NCBI GenBank assembly: GCA_963666215.2
Contig: CAXWPL010000005.1
Location: forward strand, 1,024,001 to 1,088,000
DNA length: 64,000 bases
Source of the DNA: Acidobacteriota bacterium
GTDB taxonomy: Bacteria > Acidobacteriota > UBA890 > WLXD01
Reading direction: 5' to 3'
Shown here piece by piece: positions 50,394 through 60,469 of the stretch; within the stretch, counting starts at the first letter, position 1, and each line of letters begins with the position of its first letter. The notes below the pieces were generated by a model. The model was not told the DNA's origin. It did not search any database and was given only the letters and a program-made list of their open reading frames with translations. Made by a program: the position numbers and the translations under genes.

Positions 50394-50792
50394 ATGCAAG
50401 GCACGACAACGGGCCCGTTTCGGCCGTCTCCGTTCGTCTACGACCGTCGACTCGGCAAGGTCCGCCTCTTCGTCAAGGAGCATCTCGAGGGCGATATCTC
50501 TCTCGAGACCGCCGCCGACGTCGCCGGGCTCGAACGCCACTACTTCTCGCGCCATTTCTATCGTGCCGTTGGGGTGCACTTCCGCGAATGGCTCCACGGT
50601 GTGCGGGTTCGCAGCGCGGCGAAGATCCTGAGCAAACACGATGAAAGCGTGCTCGACGTCGCATACAGCGTGGGCTACCGCGACATTCGAACGTTCCAGC
50701 GCGCCTTCAAAGGATACTTCGGTGTGACCCCGCGCGAGTACAAGCTCGGAAAGCGGCCGCTACCGCCGGGCGGGCAGTTGAGGTTCGACTGA
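50394..50792 (+). CDS. AraC/XylS-family regulator, DNA-binding domain only
   Basis: Motifs SLETAADVAGL..YFSRHF and SVLDVAYSVGY.D..TFQRAFK..GVTPREY; 132 aa; a TAGAAT -10 box lies at 50344-49. Confidence 0.92.
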   Translation: MQGTTTGPFRPSPFVYDRRLGKVRLFVKEHLEGDISLETAADVAGLERHYFSRHFYRAVGVHFREWLHGVRVRSAAKILSKHDESVLDVAYSVGYRDIRTFQRAFKGYFGVTPREYKLGKRPLPPGGQLRFD

Positions 50793-50832
50793 TGCCCGCG
50801 TAGCCCGTCAGCACCGGCCTGAAGGGCCAGAA

Positions 50833-50895
50833 GACAACCGTTGCCGCATTCTCGACAACGCTTGCCGCGAAACGCCGCGCGCAGAGCATTACTCT
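50833..50895 (+). promoter_or_regulatory. 21-bp-periodic direct repeat GACAACNNTTGCCGC x2 plus -10 box TACTCT
   Basis: Copies at 50833-47 and 50854-68 are identical at 13 of 15 positions; TACTCT lies at 50890-95. Confidence 0.55.
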
Positions 50896-50903
50896 TGTCC
50901 TTG

Positions 50904-51074
50904 TTCGATGCGCGCTGTGAGCCCGTTCCACCTCATCATCCATTTGAGGGGTCTCCCGGCTAGGCACGGGTACACAGCACGCTCGAATCTTCGACGCGCG
51001 GCGTGAGTTCGCTCCACCTCATCACGAAATGAGGGGTCTCCCGGCTGGGAGTGTACTCACCCGCGCGTCGTTTT
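50904..51074 (+). ncRNA. Candidate tandem two-domain structured RNA
   Basis: Two units (50904-50987 and 50992-51070) share one fold, with covarying outer stems and an invariant GGTCTCCCGGCT bulge; the second is followed by TTTT. Confidence 0.6.
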
Positions 51075-51351
51075 CGTGTCGGGCACTTGCATCCGCACCG
51101 CGCTCGGTGCATCGGCCATGCCGACTGCAGAAGCTGGCCACGAGCCGTTCTAGAGACGCTCAACAGGACGGTCGCCGACGCGCACGCGCCGCACGACAGT
51201 CGCGGCGAGCGAGACCGCCGAGCAGTTGCTCCGCACATGAGCCGGGAATCCATCGAGCGGAACGTGGAACGGGGCGGGAACTTAATTACTCCCTCCGCGT
51301 ATATACCGACGGCGCATTTGAATTCCGAACGCCGAGGATCGAAATGAGCGA

Positions 51352-51696
51352 ATGGAAAGTGCAGGCGTGAGCAGCCTCGAGTATCACGTGCTGTTGGCGA
51401 TGGTCGAGGGACCGTTGTACGGCTACGCAATTAAGAGCGCGGTCGAAACCGAGTCTGCGGGGGCTCTCACGCCCCGGGCCGGCTCTCTCTACAGGGTCTT
51501 GGCGCGGCTGATCACGACGGGTCTCGTGGTCGAGGCCGAGGCACCGGATCCCGGCTCTCCGCATCCCGGACGGACGCGCAAGTACTACGGCTTGACCGAG
51601 CCGGGGCGCGAGATCCTCGCCTCCGAGGCGCGTCGCCTGCGTTACGTGTCGGAGCTCGCTGAGGGGCGCCTGGGAATTGCCAGAGGACGGAGGTGA
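51352..51696 (+). CDS. PadR-family regulator (acidobacterial type)
   Basis: Motifs YHVLLAM..GPLYGYAI, GSLYRVL.RL and RKYYGLT..G. Confidence 0.92.
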   Translation: MESAGVSSLEYHVLLAMVEGPLYGYAIKSAVETESAGALTPRAGSLYRVLARLITTGLVVEAEAPDPGSPHPGRTRKYYGLTEPGREILASEARRLRYVSELAEGRLGIARGRR

Positions 51697-54356
51697 AGGG
51701 CCTTCTCGCTCTCCTGGTGCGACTCTTCCCCGTCGAGTTCCGCGTGCAGTTCGCGCCGGACATGCTGGAACAGATGCGGCTCGACCACGGACGCGCCCTC
51801 CAGCGCGGCCGCCTAACGGCCGTCGGATTCACGGTTTCCACGGCGCTCGACTTGCTCGGTGCGGCCATCGCCGAGCGACGAGATCCCTCTTGGAAGAGCC
51901 CGCGGCACCGCCTAACGGGAAACGAGGACAGAGCAACCATGCTGAGTAGCTGGATCAACGATCTACGCCATGCCGCTTTTGCGCTACGCCGCGCGCCTGG
52001 ATTCACCGCGGTCACGATCGTGACGCTGGGGCTGGCGATCGGCGCCAACGTCAGCATCTTCAGCGTCGTCGACGCCGTGCTGCTGAATCCGCTGCCGTAC
52101 GCCGACGCCGATCGACTCGTGCACATCGCGGCGTCGGCGCCGGGCTCGGACTTCCCCGAGGAATTCGGCGTCGCGGCCGAGTTCTACGTGCATTACACGG
52201 AGCGATCGCAACTGCTCGAGTCCGTCTCGACCTACAACTCGTTCACCAACACGCTGCGGTTGGACGACCGAATCGAGCGAGTGCGCATGTCGTGGCCGAC
52301 GTGGACGTTTTTCCACACGCTTCAAGCAACGCCGCTGTTGGGGCGTCTGCCGGCGGCAGAAGACGAGGATAGCGGCGTGGTGATTAGCCACGCGCTGTGG
52401 AACACGTGGTTCGGATCCGATCCCGACGTCATTGGAAGCACCGTCTACGTGAGCGGCGGCGACCGAACGGTGATCGGCGTCATGGGCCCAGATTTCTGGT
52501 TCCCCAGCGAAGACACGCTGCTGGGGCTCTCGAACGTCGTAGACATCGAAGATCTGACGCCGCGGCGATTCGGGCAACCGTTGGTCGCTCGCCTCGCACC
52601 GGGCGTTGATCGTGCGACGCTCGCCGCCGAGCTCAACGGACTGGCGCTCGAGCTCCCCGAGCGGTTCGGTGGATCGGCCAACTACGCCGAATTGATTGGC
52701 CAGCACCGCGCCGTGATTCGCCCGCTCAGCGAACAACTACTGGGTGTAGCGGCGGGCCCGCTGTGGATCCTTCTGGGCGCCGTGGCCATCGTCCTGTTGA
52801 TCGCGTGCGCTAATGTCGCGAACCTGTTCACGGTGCGCGCCGAACACCGTCAGCGCGACCTGGCGGTACGACGAGCGCTTGGCGCCGGTCGCGGCGCCTT
52901 GGTCCGTTCACAACTGGCCGAAGCCGTGATCATCGCCGGGTTCGCCGCCGCTCTGGCGGTTGTGCTCGCCTGGCTGGGCGTTCCCGCGTTCATCAGCGCC
53001 GCTCCGGCGGGTGTGCCGCGGATCGGACAGGCAGGGCTGACCGCGTCGACGCTTCTGTTCACAGTCGCCGCGGCCGCATTCGCGGCACTTGTCTGCGGCG
53101 TCGTGCCAGCACTTCGCGCCTCGTCGCCCCGGTTGACGCGACTGCAGGAGTCGGGTCGCGGCTCCACTCGCGAGCGTCACTGGGGCCGCGATGCCCTGGT
53201 CGTCGGGCAAACCGCGCTCGCCCTGGTTCTGCTCATCGAGTCGGGGCTCTTGATCCGGAGCTTCTTGGAGCTACAACGAGTCGATCCGGGTTATGACCTC
53301 ACCAATATCTACACCTTCCAGATCGCCCCCGACGACGATCACCTGCGAGACGCAGCCTCGTTCGCGCGTTTCCACACCGATTTCGCGGATCGTATCGCCG
53401 CCATGCCCGGGGTCGAGTCGGTGGGTCTGATCGAGAACGTGCCGCTCAACGAGGGGCTTTCCATCGCCGGTTTCTTCACCGAGGCTACCCCCGCCGACTC
53501 GAGCGGGACACACATGAGTTACACCTGGAGCGCTGGCGACTACTTCGCCACCATGGGAATCGAGGTCCTGCAGGGACGGCCATTCACCGATAGCGACCAG
53601 GTGTCGACGCTCGGCAACATCGTCATCAGCGAGACGGCGGCGAAGACGCTGTGGCCCGGCGAGAATCCGATTGGCCGTCGGCTTCGCCAGGGCGATCTGG
53701 AGACCTGGGAAACCGTCGTCGGTGTGGTCGAGGACGTCATGCAGGACAGCTTCCGCGACCAGCCCCTGGCCCTCGTCTACTTCCCGTTCGTCGGCCAGTC
53801 ACCTGATAGCCGAGCGATCTCCTCTCCGGCCTACGTGGTGAAGACGAGCAGAACCGACACGATCGGGCCCGAGATCCGCGCCGCCGTGCGCGAGGCGTCG
53901 CCAACGGCGCCGATGTACCGCACGTACACCATGGAAGGCCTAGCGGCCGATTCGATGGTCATCGTGTCGTTCACGATGCTCACCCTGGGGATCGCCGCTT
54001 CGCTGGCGCTCACCCTCGGTGCCATCGGATTGTTCGGCGTGCTGTCGTACGTCGTCGCCGAGCGCACGCGCGAGATCGGCGTGCGCATGGCGCTCGGCGC
54101 GGAGGCCGCAAAGGTGCGCCGCATGGTGGTGAAACAGGGCGCCCGGCTGATCGCGGTTGGTGTTGTCGTCGGCGTTGTCGTCGCCACGGCAACCTCGCGC
54201 GTCCTCGCGAGCCTGCTATTCGGCGTGCAATCCACCGACCTCGCCACCTTCGTGGGAATGTCGGCCGCCCTGGTGATGACCGGCTTGCTGGCGAGCTACC
54301 TTCCCGCGCGACGCGCTTCTCGCGTGGATCCGATCGAGTCGCTGCGCAACGACTGA
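51693..54356 (+). CDS. ADOP-type duplicated MacB/FtsX ABC permease
   Basis: Motifs DLRHA...RRAPGFT, LLIACANVANL, RRALGAGR, RTREIGVRMALGA and PARRASRVDP; GTGA overlap with padR. Confidence 0.93.
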   Translation: MKGLLALLVRLFPVEFRVQFAPDMLEQMRLDHGRALQRGRLTAVGFTVSTALDLLGAAIAERRDPSWKSPRHRLTGNEDRATMLSSWINDLRHAAFALRRAPGFTAVTIVTLGLAIGANVSIFSVVDAVLLNPLPYADADRLVHIAASAPGSDFPEEFGVAAEFYVHYTERSQLLESVSTYNSFTNTLRLDDRIERVRMSWPTWTFFHTLQATPLLGRLPAAEDEDSGVVISHALWNTWFGSDPDVIGSTVYVSGGDRTVIGVMGPDFWFPSEDTLLGLSNVVDIEDLTPRRFGQPLVARLAPGVDRATLAAELNGLALELPERFGGSANYAELIGQHRAVIRPLSEQLLGVAAGPLWILLGAVAIVLLIACANVANLFTVRAEHRQRDLAVRRALGAGRGALVRSQLAEAVIIAGFAAALAVVLAWLGVPAFISAAPAGVPRIGQAGLTASTLLFTVAAAAFAALVCGVVPALRASSPRLTRLQESGRGSTRERHWGRDALVVGQTALALVLLIESGLLIRSFLELQRVDPGYDLTNIYTFQIAPDDDHLRDAASFARFHTDFADRIAAMPGVESVGLIENVPLNEGLSIAGFFTEATPADSSGTHMSYTWSAGDYFATMGIEVLQGRPFTDSDQVSTLGNIVISETAAKTLWPGENPIGRRLRQGDLETWETVVGVVEDVMQDSFRDQPLALVYFPFVGQSPDSRAISSPAYVVKTSRTDTIGPEIRAAVREASPTAPMYRTYTMEGLAADSMVIVSFTMLTLGIAASLALTLGAIGLFGVLSYVVAERTREIGVRMALGAEAAKVRRMVVKQGARLIAVGVVVGVVVATATSRVLASLLFGVQSTDLATFVGMSAALVMTGLLASYLPARRASRVDPIESLRND

Positions 54357-54408
54357 AGAAACGCGCAGTGCTCGAGCGTGTTCGAGGAGCGACAGCAGCC
54401 GTGGCCGA

Positions 54409-56553
54409 CTACTCGCGCGCTGCTGTCGTCTCCGCCATCCCCTGCCGGGCCCTCTGCAACTGTTTCGGCATCGCGTCGTCCGTCATGTAACGCTCGAACC
54501 AGTGGCGGAGGTAGAGCTGGGTGCGCAGGAAGTTCGAGGGTTTCGACGACGTCCCGTGCCACTCGTCGTTGAAGCGCACCATCGCGGTCGGCACGCGCAG
54601 CACCTTGAGCGCCGCGTAGAACTCCTCGGTCTGGGAGATCGGCGTACGCAAGTCGTTGACGCCGGTCATCAGCATCGTCGGCGTCTTGACGTTGCCGACA
54701 TACATCAGTGGCGACCTCCGCAGATGCTCGCTCGGGTCTTCCCAGGGCAGATTGTCGAAGTTGCGATACCAGGAGATGCCGTCGGTCGTGCCAACGAACG
54801 ACATCCAGTTGATCACCGGGCAGTTCGACGACGCCGCCGCGAAGCGATCGGTGTGGCCGACAACCCAGGCGGTAAGAACGCCACCGCCCGAGCAACCGTA
54901 GACGTACATGTTGCGCTCGTCGATTGAGCCCTTTGCGACTACCGCGTCGACGCCGGCCATCAGATCGTCGAAGTCCTTGTCGGGGTAGGCACGGTTGATC
55001 GCGTTGCCGAACTCGGTGCCGTAGCCCGACGAGCCCCGAGGATTGCTGTAGAACACAACGTAGCCGTTGGCAGCGTGGTTCTGCCAGCCGAAGTTGAAGC
55101 CGGTGTTGTACATGCCGTGCGGTCCGCCGTGGATCGCCAGCACCAGCGGATAGCTGCGCGCGCCATCGAAATCGGGTGGCCTGATCACCCATCCCTGGAT
55201 GTCGAGCCCGTCCGCGGACTGGTAGTTGATCTCCTCGACCTCGCCCAGCTGGACGCTGGAAAGGAGATTCGCATTAACGTTGGTGAGCCGCGTTATGGCG
55301 CGTGGGTTGTCGACGTCGAACCTGTAGATGTCCCCAGGCTCCTGCGGGCTCGAGATCGTCGCCACGGCAACGCCGCCGCGACTGATGCTGCTCACCGACA
55401 GCATGTGGTCGCCGTCGGTCACCTTCACCGGGCCTTCGGATCCATCGGCGGCAACAAAATAGAGATTGCGCGTGCCATGATCATTAACCGTGAAATGCAG
55501 GCCACTCGAGTCGGACCGCCAGGTCAATCTAGACGGCGAGCGATCGAGCTCCGGCGTCACGCTGCGGGTGTTCGAGCCGTCGGCGTTCATGACGTAGAGC
55601 TGGCGCTCGATGTAGGTCTGCTCCACGAAGGCGTTGCCGGTGAACGCCACCATGCTGCCGTCGGGCGAAACCACGGGGCCCGACTCCGGGCCACGGGCGT
55701 CGGTGAGCTGCGACGTTGCTCCGCTCGCGACGTCAATCGAGTAGATGTTCGAAGCGCGCCAGTGGTGCTCGGCATCTTCCAGCAACAGGCCCGAAAAGTA
55801 GAACTTGCTGCCGTCGGGGCTCCAGACCGGGCTGCCGAAGTTGAAGTTGCCGCTCGAGACCTGGCGCACCGGCCCGCCGTCGGCCGAGGCCACGAAGAGC
55901 TGCTGGAAGCCATCGTCGATGAAGCCGCGCCGGTCGCGCCGGTACAGCGCGCGCTCGACAATGCGGGGCGCCTCGGTCCATTTCGCACCCTGCGGGCGAC
56001 CGGGTAGCTCGATATGCCAATCGTTGTCGGACCGTACCAGCGAGCGGAAGGCGATCTGCGTGCCGTCGGGTGACCACGTCACATCGCTAGGCGAGCTCTC
56101 CACACGGGTGACCTGGCTCGCGGCGACCTCGGCGTCCATCCAGCGAACCCAGATCTGCGAGCCGCGCGGCTCGCCCGGCGCTACGTAGGCGATCCGGGTG
56201 CCGTCGCGCGACCAGATCGCGTCGGAGCCCTCGACCAGCTTGCGCTTGCGCGAACCGTCGGCGTTCATCACCCACAGCTCCGACTCACGCGCGTCGTTGA
56301 CGGCGTCGGTCCAGGTGAGCGTGTAGACGATCCGGCTTCCATCGGGAGAAACCTGCGGGCTGCCGACGCCTTGCATGTGGTGGTACATGTCGAGGCTCAG
56401 TCGCTTGCCCGACATCTGTCCTGAAACGGCGATACCCGCGGCACCCTCCGGCGCCAGCGTCGTGGCGAGCACGGCAACGAAAAGTAGAACGGTGAGCGAC
56501 TGCCGAGAGCGAGCAGCTCTCGATTGGGCACTGGCAACGGGCGACGACGTCAT
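54409..56553 (-). CDS. S9-family acylaminoacyl peptidase with TolB-like propeller
   Basis: WSPDG repeats, IHGGPH, NPRGSSGYG, GCSGGG (Ser), DLRTP and EWHG. Confidence 0.92.
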   Translation of the reverse strand: MTSSPVASAQSRAARSRQSLTVLLFVAVLATTLAPEGAAGIAVSGQMSGKRLSLDMYHHMQGVGSPQVSPDGSRIVYTLTWTDAVNDARESELWVMNADGSRKRKLVEGSDAIWSRDGTRIAYVAPGEPRGSQIWVRWMDAEVAASQVTRVESSPSDVTWSPDGTQIAFRSLVRSDNDWHIELPGRPQGAKWTEAPRIVERALYRRDRRGFIDDGFQQLFVASADGGPVRQVSSGNFNFGSPVWSPDGSKFYFSGLLLEDAEHHWRASNIYSIDVASGATSQLTDARGPESGPVVSPDGSMVAFTGNAFVEQTYIERQLYVMNADGSNTRSVTPELDRSPSRLTWRSDSSGLHFTVNDHGTRNLYFVAADGSEGPVKVTDGDHMLSVSSISRGGVAVATISSPQEPGDIYRFDVDNPRAITRLTNVNANLLSSVQLGEVEEINYQSADGLDIQGWVIRPPDFDGARSYPLVLAIHGGPHGMYNTGFNFGWQNHAANGYVVFYSNPRGSSGYGTEFGNAINRAYPDKDFDDLMAGVDAVVAKGSIDERNMYVYGCSGGGVLTAWVVGHTDRFAAASSNCPVINWMSFVGTTDGISWYRNFDNLPWEDPSEHLRRSPLMYVGNVKTPTMLMTGVNDLRTPISQTEEFYAALKVLRVPTAMVRFNDEWHGTSSKPSNFLRTQLYLRHWFERYMTDDAMPKQLQRARQGMAETTAARE

Positions 56554-56821
56554 GCGAACCTCCGGAGTGGGATCTGCAAGTGGATCGAGACGCCCTATTC
56601 TGCCGGTCGCTGAGGAAAGACACCACCGAGCGAGCCTACCGAGGCCCGTGGGTAGGCTTGTCGCGCTTGCCACCGTCCTCAGACGTACCAGGTCGCGATC
56701 GATCAGCGCGTGGTGTGGTGGGCACGCGACAAGAGAGACGTTTGACCGATTCGCAAGACCCGCGCAGACTGGTCCTGCGAGCGCGCCGACGCCCGGCGCG
56801 GCCCTCCGAGGAACTCCGCCG

Positions 56822-57898
56822 ATGACCACGCATTCGCCTGTCGCCACGACGACCAAGCGCCTGTTCGACCTCGACGACGACGCTGACTACATTGAGGTCC
56901 TCTACCGCGTCATCTTCGACCGCGAGGCCGACGAAGAGGGTCTGCAGTTCTACGTCCATGAGCTGCAGAAGGCATGCCTTACGCGGCGCCAGGTGTTCGA
57001 CCGCATGCTGGCCTCGGAGGAGGCACGCTACGGAATCTGCTTCAAGTACGACTACCAGCACGCGATGCGCGACTTCGTAGAAGTCTTCCCCAACGACAGC
57101 TTCCTGCCTTGGGTCTCGGCGAATCCCCACACCGCCAGCCAGCTGTGTGAGATCACGAATCCGCGTAAGTGGTTCAACGTGGAGTGGACGCACATACTCG
57201 ACGAGCTGCAACTGTCGTCGTCGCCCGAGCTCATGCACCGCAAAGGATTCGAGTGGGCGCAAACGCTGTACGGACTCGACCAGCTAGGCTATTTACACGA
57301 CGGCACACGTTGCCTCGGCGTGGGCAGCGGGCACGAGGCCATCCTGTACTGGCTGGCGAACCGTGTCGGCGAGGTCGTCGCGACCGATCTGTACGAGGGT
57401 GAATGGGTCGACAAGGGCTCACAGGAAGGCAACCCCGACGTCCTGCTCGCCCCTCAGAAGTACGCGCCGTTCGAGTACCGCGAGGACCGGCTGTCGTTTC
57501 TGCAAATGGACGGCCGCAACCTGGAGTTTGAGGACAATTCGTTCGACGTCGTCTTCTCGCTGTCGTCCATCGAGCACTTCGGCGGCAACGAGGCCGCGGC
57601 GCAGGCGATGCGGGAAAAGGCGCGCGTCTGCAGGCCCGGCGGCATCGTCATCGTCGCCACCGAGTTGATCCTCAACGACGCCGCTCATCCGGAGTTCTTC
57701 ACACTCGACGAGATTCGTGAGCACATCGTCGCGGCCTCCGGCATGAAGCTCATCCAGCCGCCCGAGTTCAGCATGCCCAAGCACGCTCTTGACGACCCCT
57801 GCGTGATGCCGCAGGAGGTGTTCCGATGCCCGCACATCGTGCTCGACTTCGATGGCGTCCTCGACACCTCGATCATTCTGTTCTTGCGGCACGCGTGA
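56822..57898 (+). CDS. DUF4214-like N-domain fused to a class I SAM-dependent methyltransferase
   Basis: N-terminal YIEVLYRVIFDREADEEGLQFY..SEE, then HRKGFEW, LGVGSGHE, FDVVFSLSSIEHFG and RPGG. Confidence 0.8.
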   Translation: MTTHSPVATTTKRLFDLDDDADYIEVLYRVIFDREADEEGLQFYVHELQKACLTRRQVFDRMLASEEARYGICFKYDYQHAMRDFVEVFPNDSFLPWVSANPHTASQLCEITNPRKWFNVEWTHILDELQLSSSPELMHRKGFEWAQTLYGLDQLGYLHDGTRCLGVGSGHEAILYWLANRVGEVVATDLYEGEWVDKGSQEGNPDVLLAPQKYAPFEYREDRLSFLQMDGRNLEFEDNSFDVVFSLSSIEHFGGNEAAAQAMREKARVCRPGGIVIVATELILNDAAHPEFFTLDEIREHIVAASGMKLIQPPEFSMPKHALDDPCVMPQEVFRCPHIVLDFDGVLDTSIILFLRHA

Positions 57899-60469
57899 TC
57901 TCGAGACGAATTGCGGCCGCGCTCGCGGTTTTCGCCGGGGCCTTCGGCCTGACCACGGTTCGGCGGCTGGCGGAGCTGCCGGTATGGACCGGGCAGGGCC
58001 GGTTTTTCGAGCTCGCGGCCACCGCGATGGCCGCCGACCCGCTGTCGTTTGCGGGCAAGCTTGCCGTTGAGATTCTCGCCGTCGGCATCGCCTATGTGCT
58101 GCTGATCGAAGCGAGCTGTAGGCTTTCGCGGCAGCAGCCGCTCTCGCGTCGGAGAGCGACCCATGTGTGGCTCCCTACGATCGCCGGCGGCAGCGTCGGG
58201 GGTGCGGCGCTTGTTCTCGACCCATGGTTCCACCACTCCACCGCGAGTCTACTTGCGGTCTCGGGAATCGGGTTCGGGCTGCTTCTGAGCCTGTCGAGGT
58301 TGTGGCGTGCCGGCGCGGCAGCCACCGCTGCGGCCCACTCCGCCGACTCCGCCACGGGAAACCGTCAGGGTCAGCTCGACTATCCCCGCGCGCTTATCGC
58401 AGGCGGCGCGGTGCTCGTTGCCATCGCGATGGTGTCGCCGCTCACCCCCACGTGGCACAAGCTGCTGGGCGACGAGCCCCACTACCTGCTGATGACACAC
58501 AGCCTGATCGTCGACGGTGACCTCGAGCTGTCGGCCAACTACAACGACGCCGCCTACTTCGGCTTTTTCCCGGCACAGAACCTGTCGCCGCACACGAAGC
58601 CGGGGCTGGTCGAACGATCGCGCTACTCGATCCACAGCTATGGGTTGTCGGCGCTGCTGGTCCCCTGGTACGCCCTGGCGCGCGGCACATCGTTGCCCAC
58701 GTTCACCTTCATCGTCAGGGCCGGGGCGAGTCTCTGGCTCGGGGCGTTCGCTTGGATCCTGTTCGGGCTGATCGCCGACATGGGCGGCCGGTCGGCTGCG
58801 GCGTGGGGGACCTCGACCGCGGTGCTGAGCGGGCCTGTTTTCTTCAACGCCCCCGCACCTGTTCCCCGACTTCGCCGCGCTCACCTTCTCGTGCGCTGCC
58901 TATACGCTCCTGCGCCGCGCACCGAGTCGTTGGCGTGCGCTCGCGGCTGGCGCCTGCCTCGCCTGGCTCCCGTGGTTGCACTACAAGAATCTGGGGATCT
59001 TCGCGACGTTGATTGCGATCGGCTGCGCAACCATCCTGTGGCCCGGTCGACTCGGCGTCGGCGGCAGACCAGGCGCGGAGCGCAACAGCTCTCGTGACAC
59101 GCCTTTGACCACGCTGGCGTGCTTGCTCGCGCTGCCCTTGCTGGCCGTGATGGGGCACGTGGCTCTGACGTGGACTGCGTACAACCGGATCTCCCCGATG
59201 TCGATCACGATCGGTACCGGTAGTACCGGTACATCGGTAGCGCGCGCCATCGAGCGTGGCGACGCTCTCAGCAGCTACCTCACGGATCCACTCGGCGCCA
59301 TGGCTACGATCGCGGGTTACTTTCTCGACCAGAAAGAAGGTCTACTGGTCTACGGTCCCTACTACCTGCTGGCGGCCGTCGGCATGGCGTGGATGTGGCG
59401 GCGACGCCGCATCGAGTTGATCACCCTGGTGGTGATCTTTTTCTCGTACGTAGGCCCGATCTCACTCAGTCAAGTGTCGGGCTACTGGGGCCCTCCGCAG
59501 CGCTGGATGCTTGGCGGCCTGTGGCCGCTGGTCGTGCTCGCGGCGTTGGGTCTCGGCCTCCCTGTCGACGCCTCTACGGAGGGTCGCTGGCTACGCCGAT
59601 CGCGCGGCGTGCTTCTGGCAGTGACTGCGCTCGTGACGCTGGTTCTTCTCGGCACTCCCGACCTCGCTTACAACGACCTCGGCATCGAGCGCTCATTGCT
59701 GCTGCAGCACTACGGCGCCCCCGGACTGCCTCTATGGCGCGCCTTTCCGGTGTGGTTCCGCTACGGCGAGCCACAGTGGCTGGCGACTTGGCTATGGCTG
59801 CTCGCCATGGCGGGTGCCAGCGGGGTGCTTTACCGATGGGGCAGCCGAGCGTTGTCGGCCGCGCCAGAGGTTCGTGCGGAACGCCCCACTCCCGGGGCCG
59901 CCGCCGCTGAGGACAATCCGGACGAACCCTGCAGCGTGCTTGGCGTCGAGGGTCTTCGAGCGGCTGCCGTAACCTCCGCGTTCGCCGCTGCGTTGTTCCT
60001 TACCCATCACGCTCTCGTTCCGGTGTCGGCGCCAGCACTGAACGACGTCCGCGACTACGGCGCCATTCGCGTGATCGTACCGAGACGCCCGTCGGTGCGG
60101 GTCTGGAGCCAGCCGAGCAGCCTGTGGAGTGGCGGCAGCGACGAGGTGACCATAGTGATCTCCACGGCGCGGCCGCTCGAGAGCCTGGAGCTGAGCGTTA
60201 CCGCGATCGATCCGATGCCGGCGCTGATCGGTATCGGCGACTCGCGAGCGCGGCTGGATCTAGATGGCCGGGGCACACGCCGTGTGTTGCTGAGTCCGAG
60301 TGGAGGCGTCGGCACACGCTGGCAAACGCGGTGGCACTATCCGCTGCATATCCGCTCAGGTGGATCGAGCCTGGCGAGCAAGCTGCCGAACAACGAGAGC
60401 GACACGCGGGTGTTGGGGGTGAATGTCCGCTTCGGACCCGCGACGTTGAGCCCGAGGCGCGACAGGTGA
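57895..60469 (+). CDS. GT-C-like polytopic membrane glycosyltransferase, frameshifted at the C5 run 58850-54
   Basis: Motifs GDEPHYL..HSL..DGDL and S.H..G. Removing one C restores HLFPDF..LPWLHYK and joins the two ORFs. Confidence 0.7.

Noticed and set aside
50950-51046. Minus-strand AGCCGGGAGACC resembles the cobalamin riboswitch B12 box
   Set aside because: The other aptamer elements (GGGAA, CCCGCAACTGT, GCCACTG) are absent, and no adjacent minus-strand gene follows.
50904-51070. The tandem repeat read as a CRISPR array or guanidine-II riboswitch
   Set aside because: There are only two units, the intervening sequences base-pair with the repeat flanks, and no cas genes are present. The ACGA loop occurs in one copy only.
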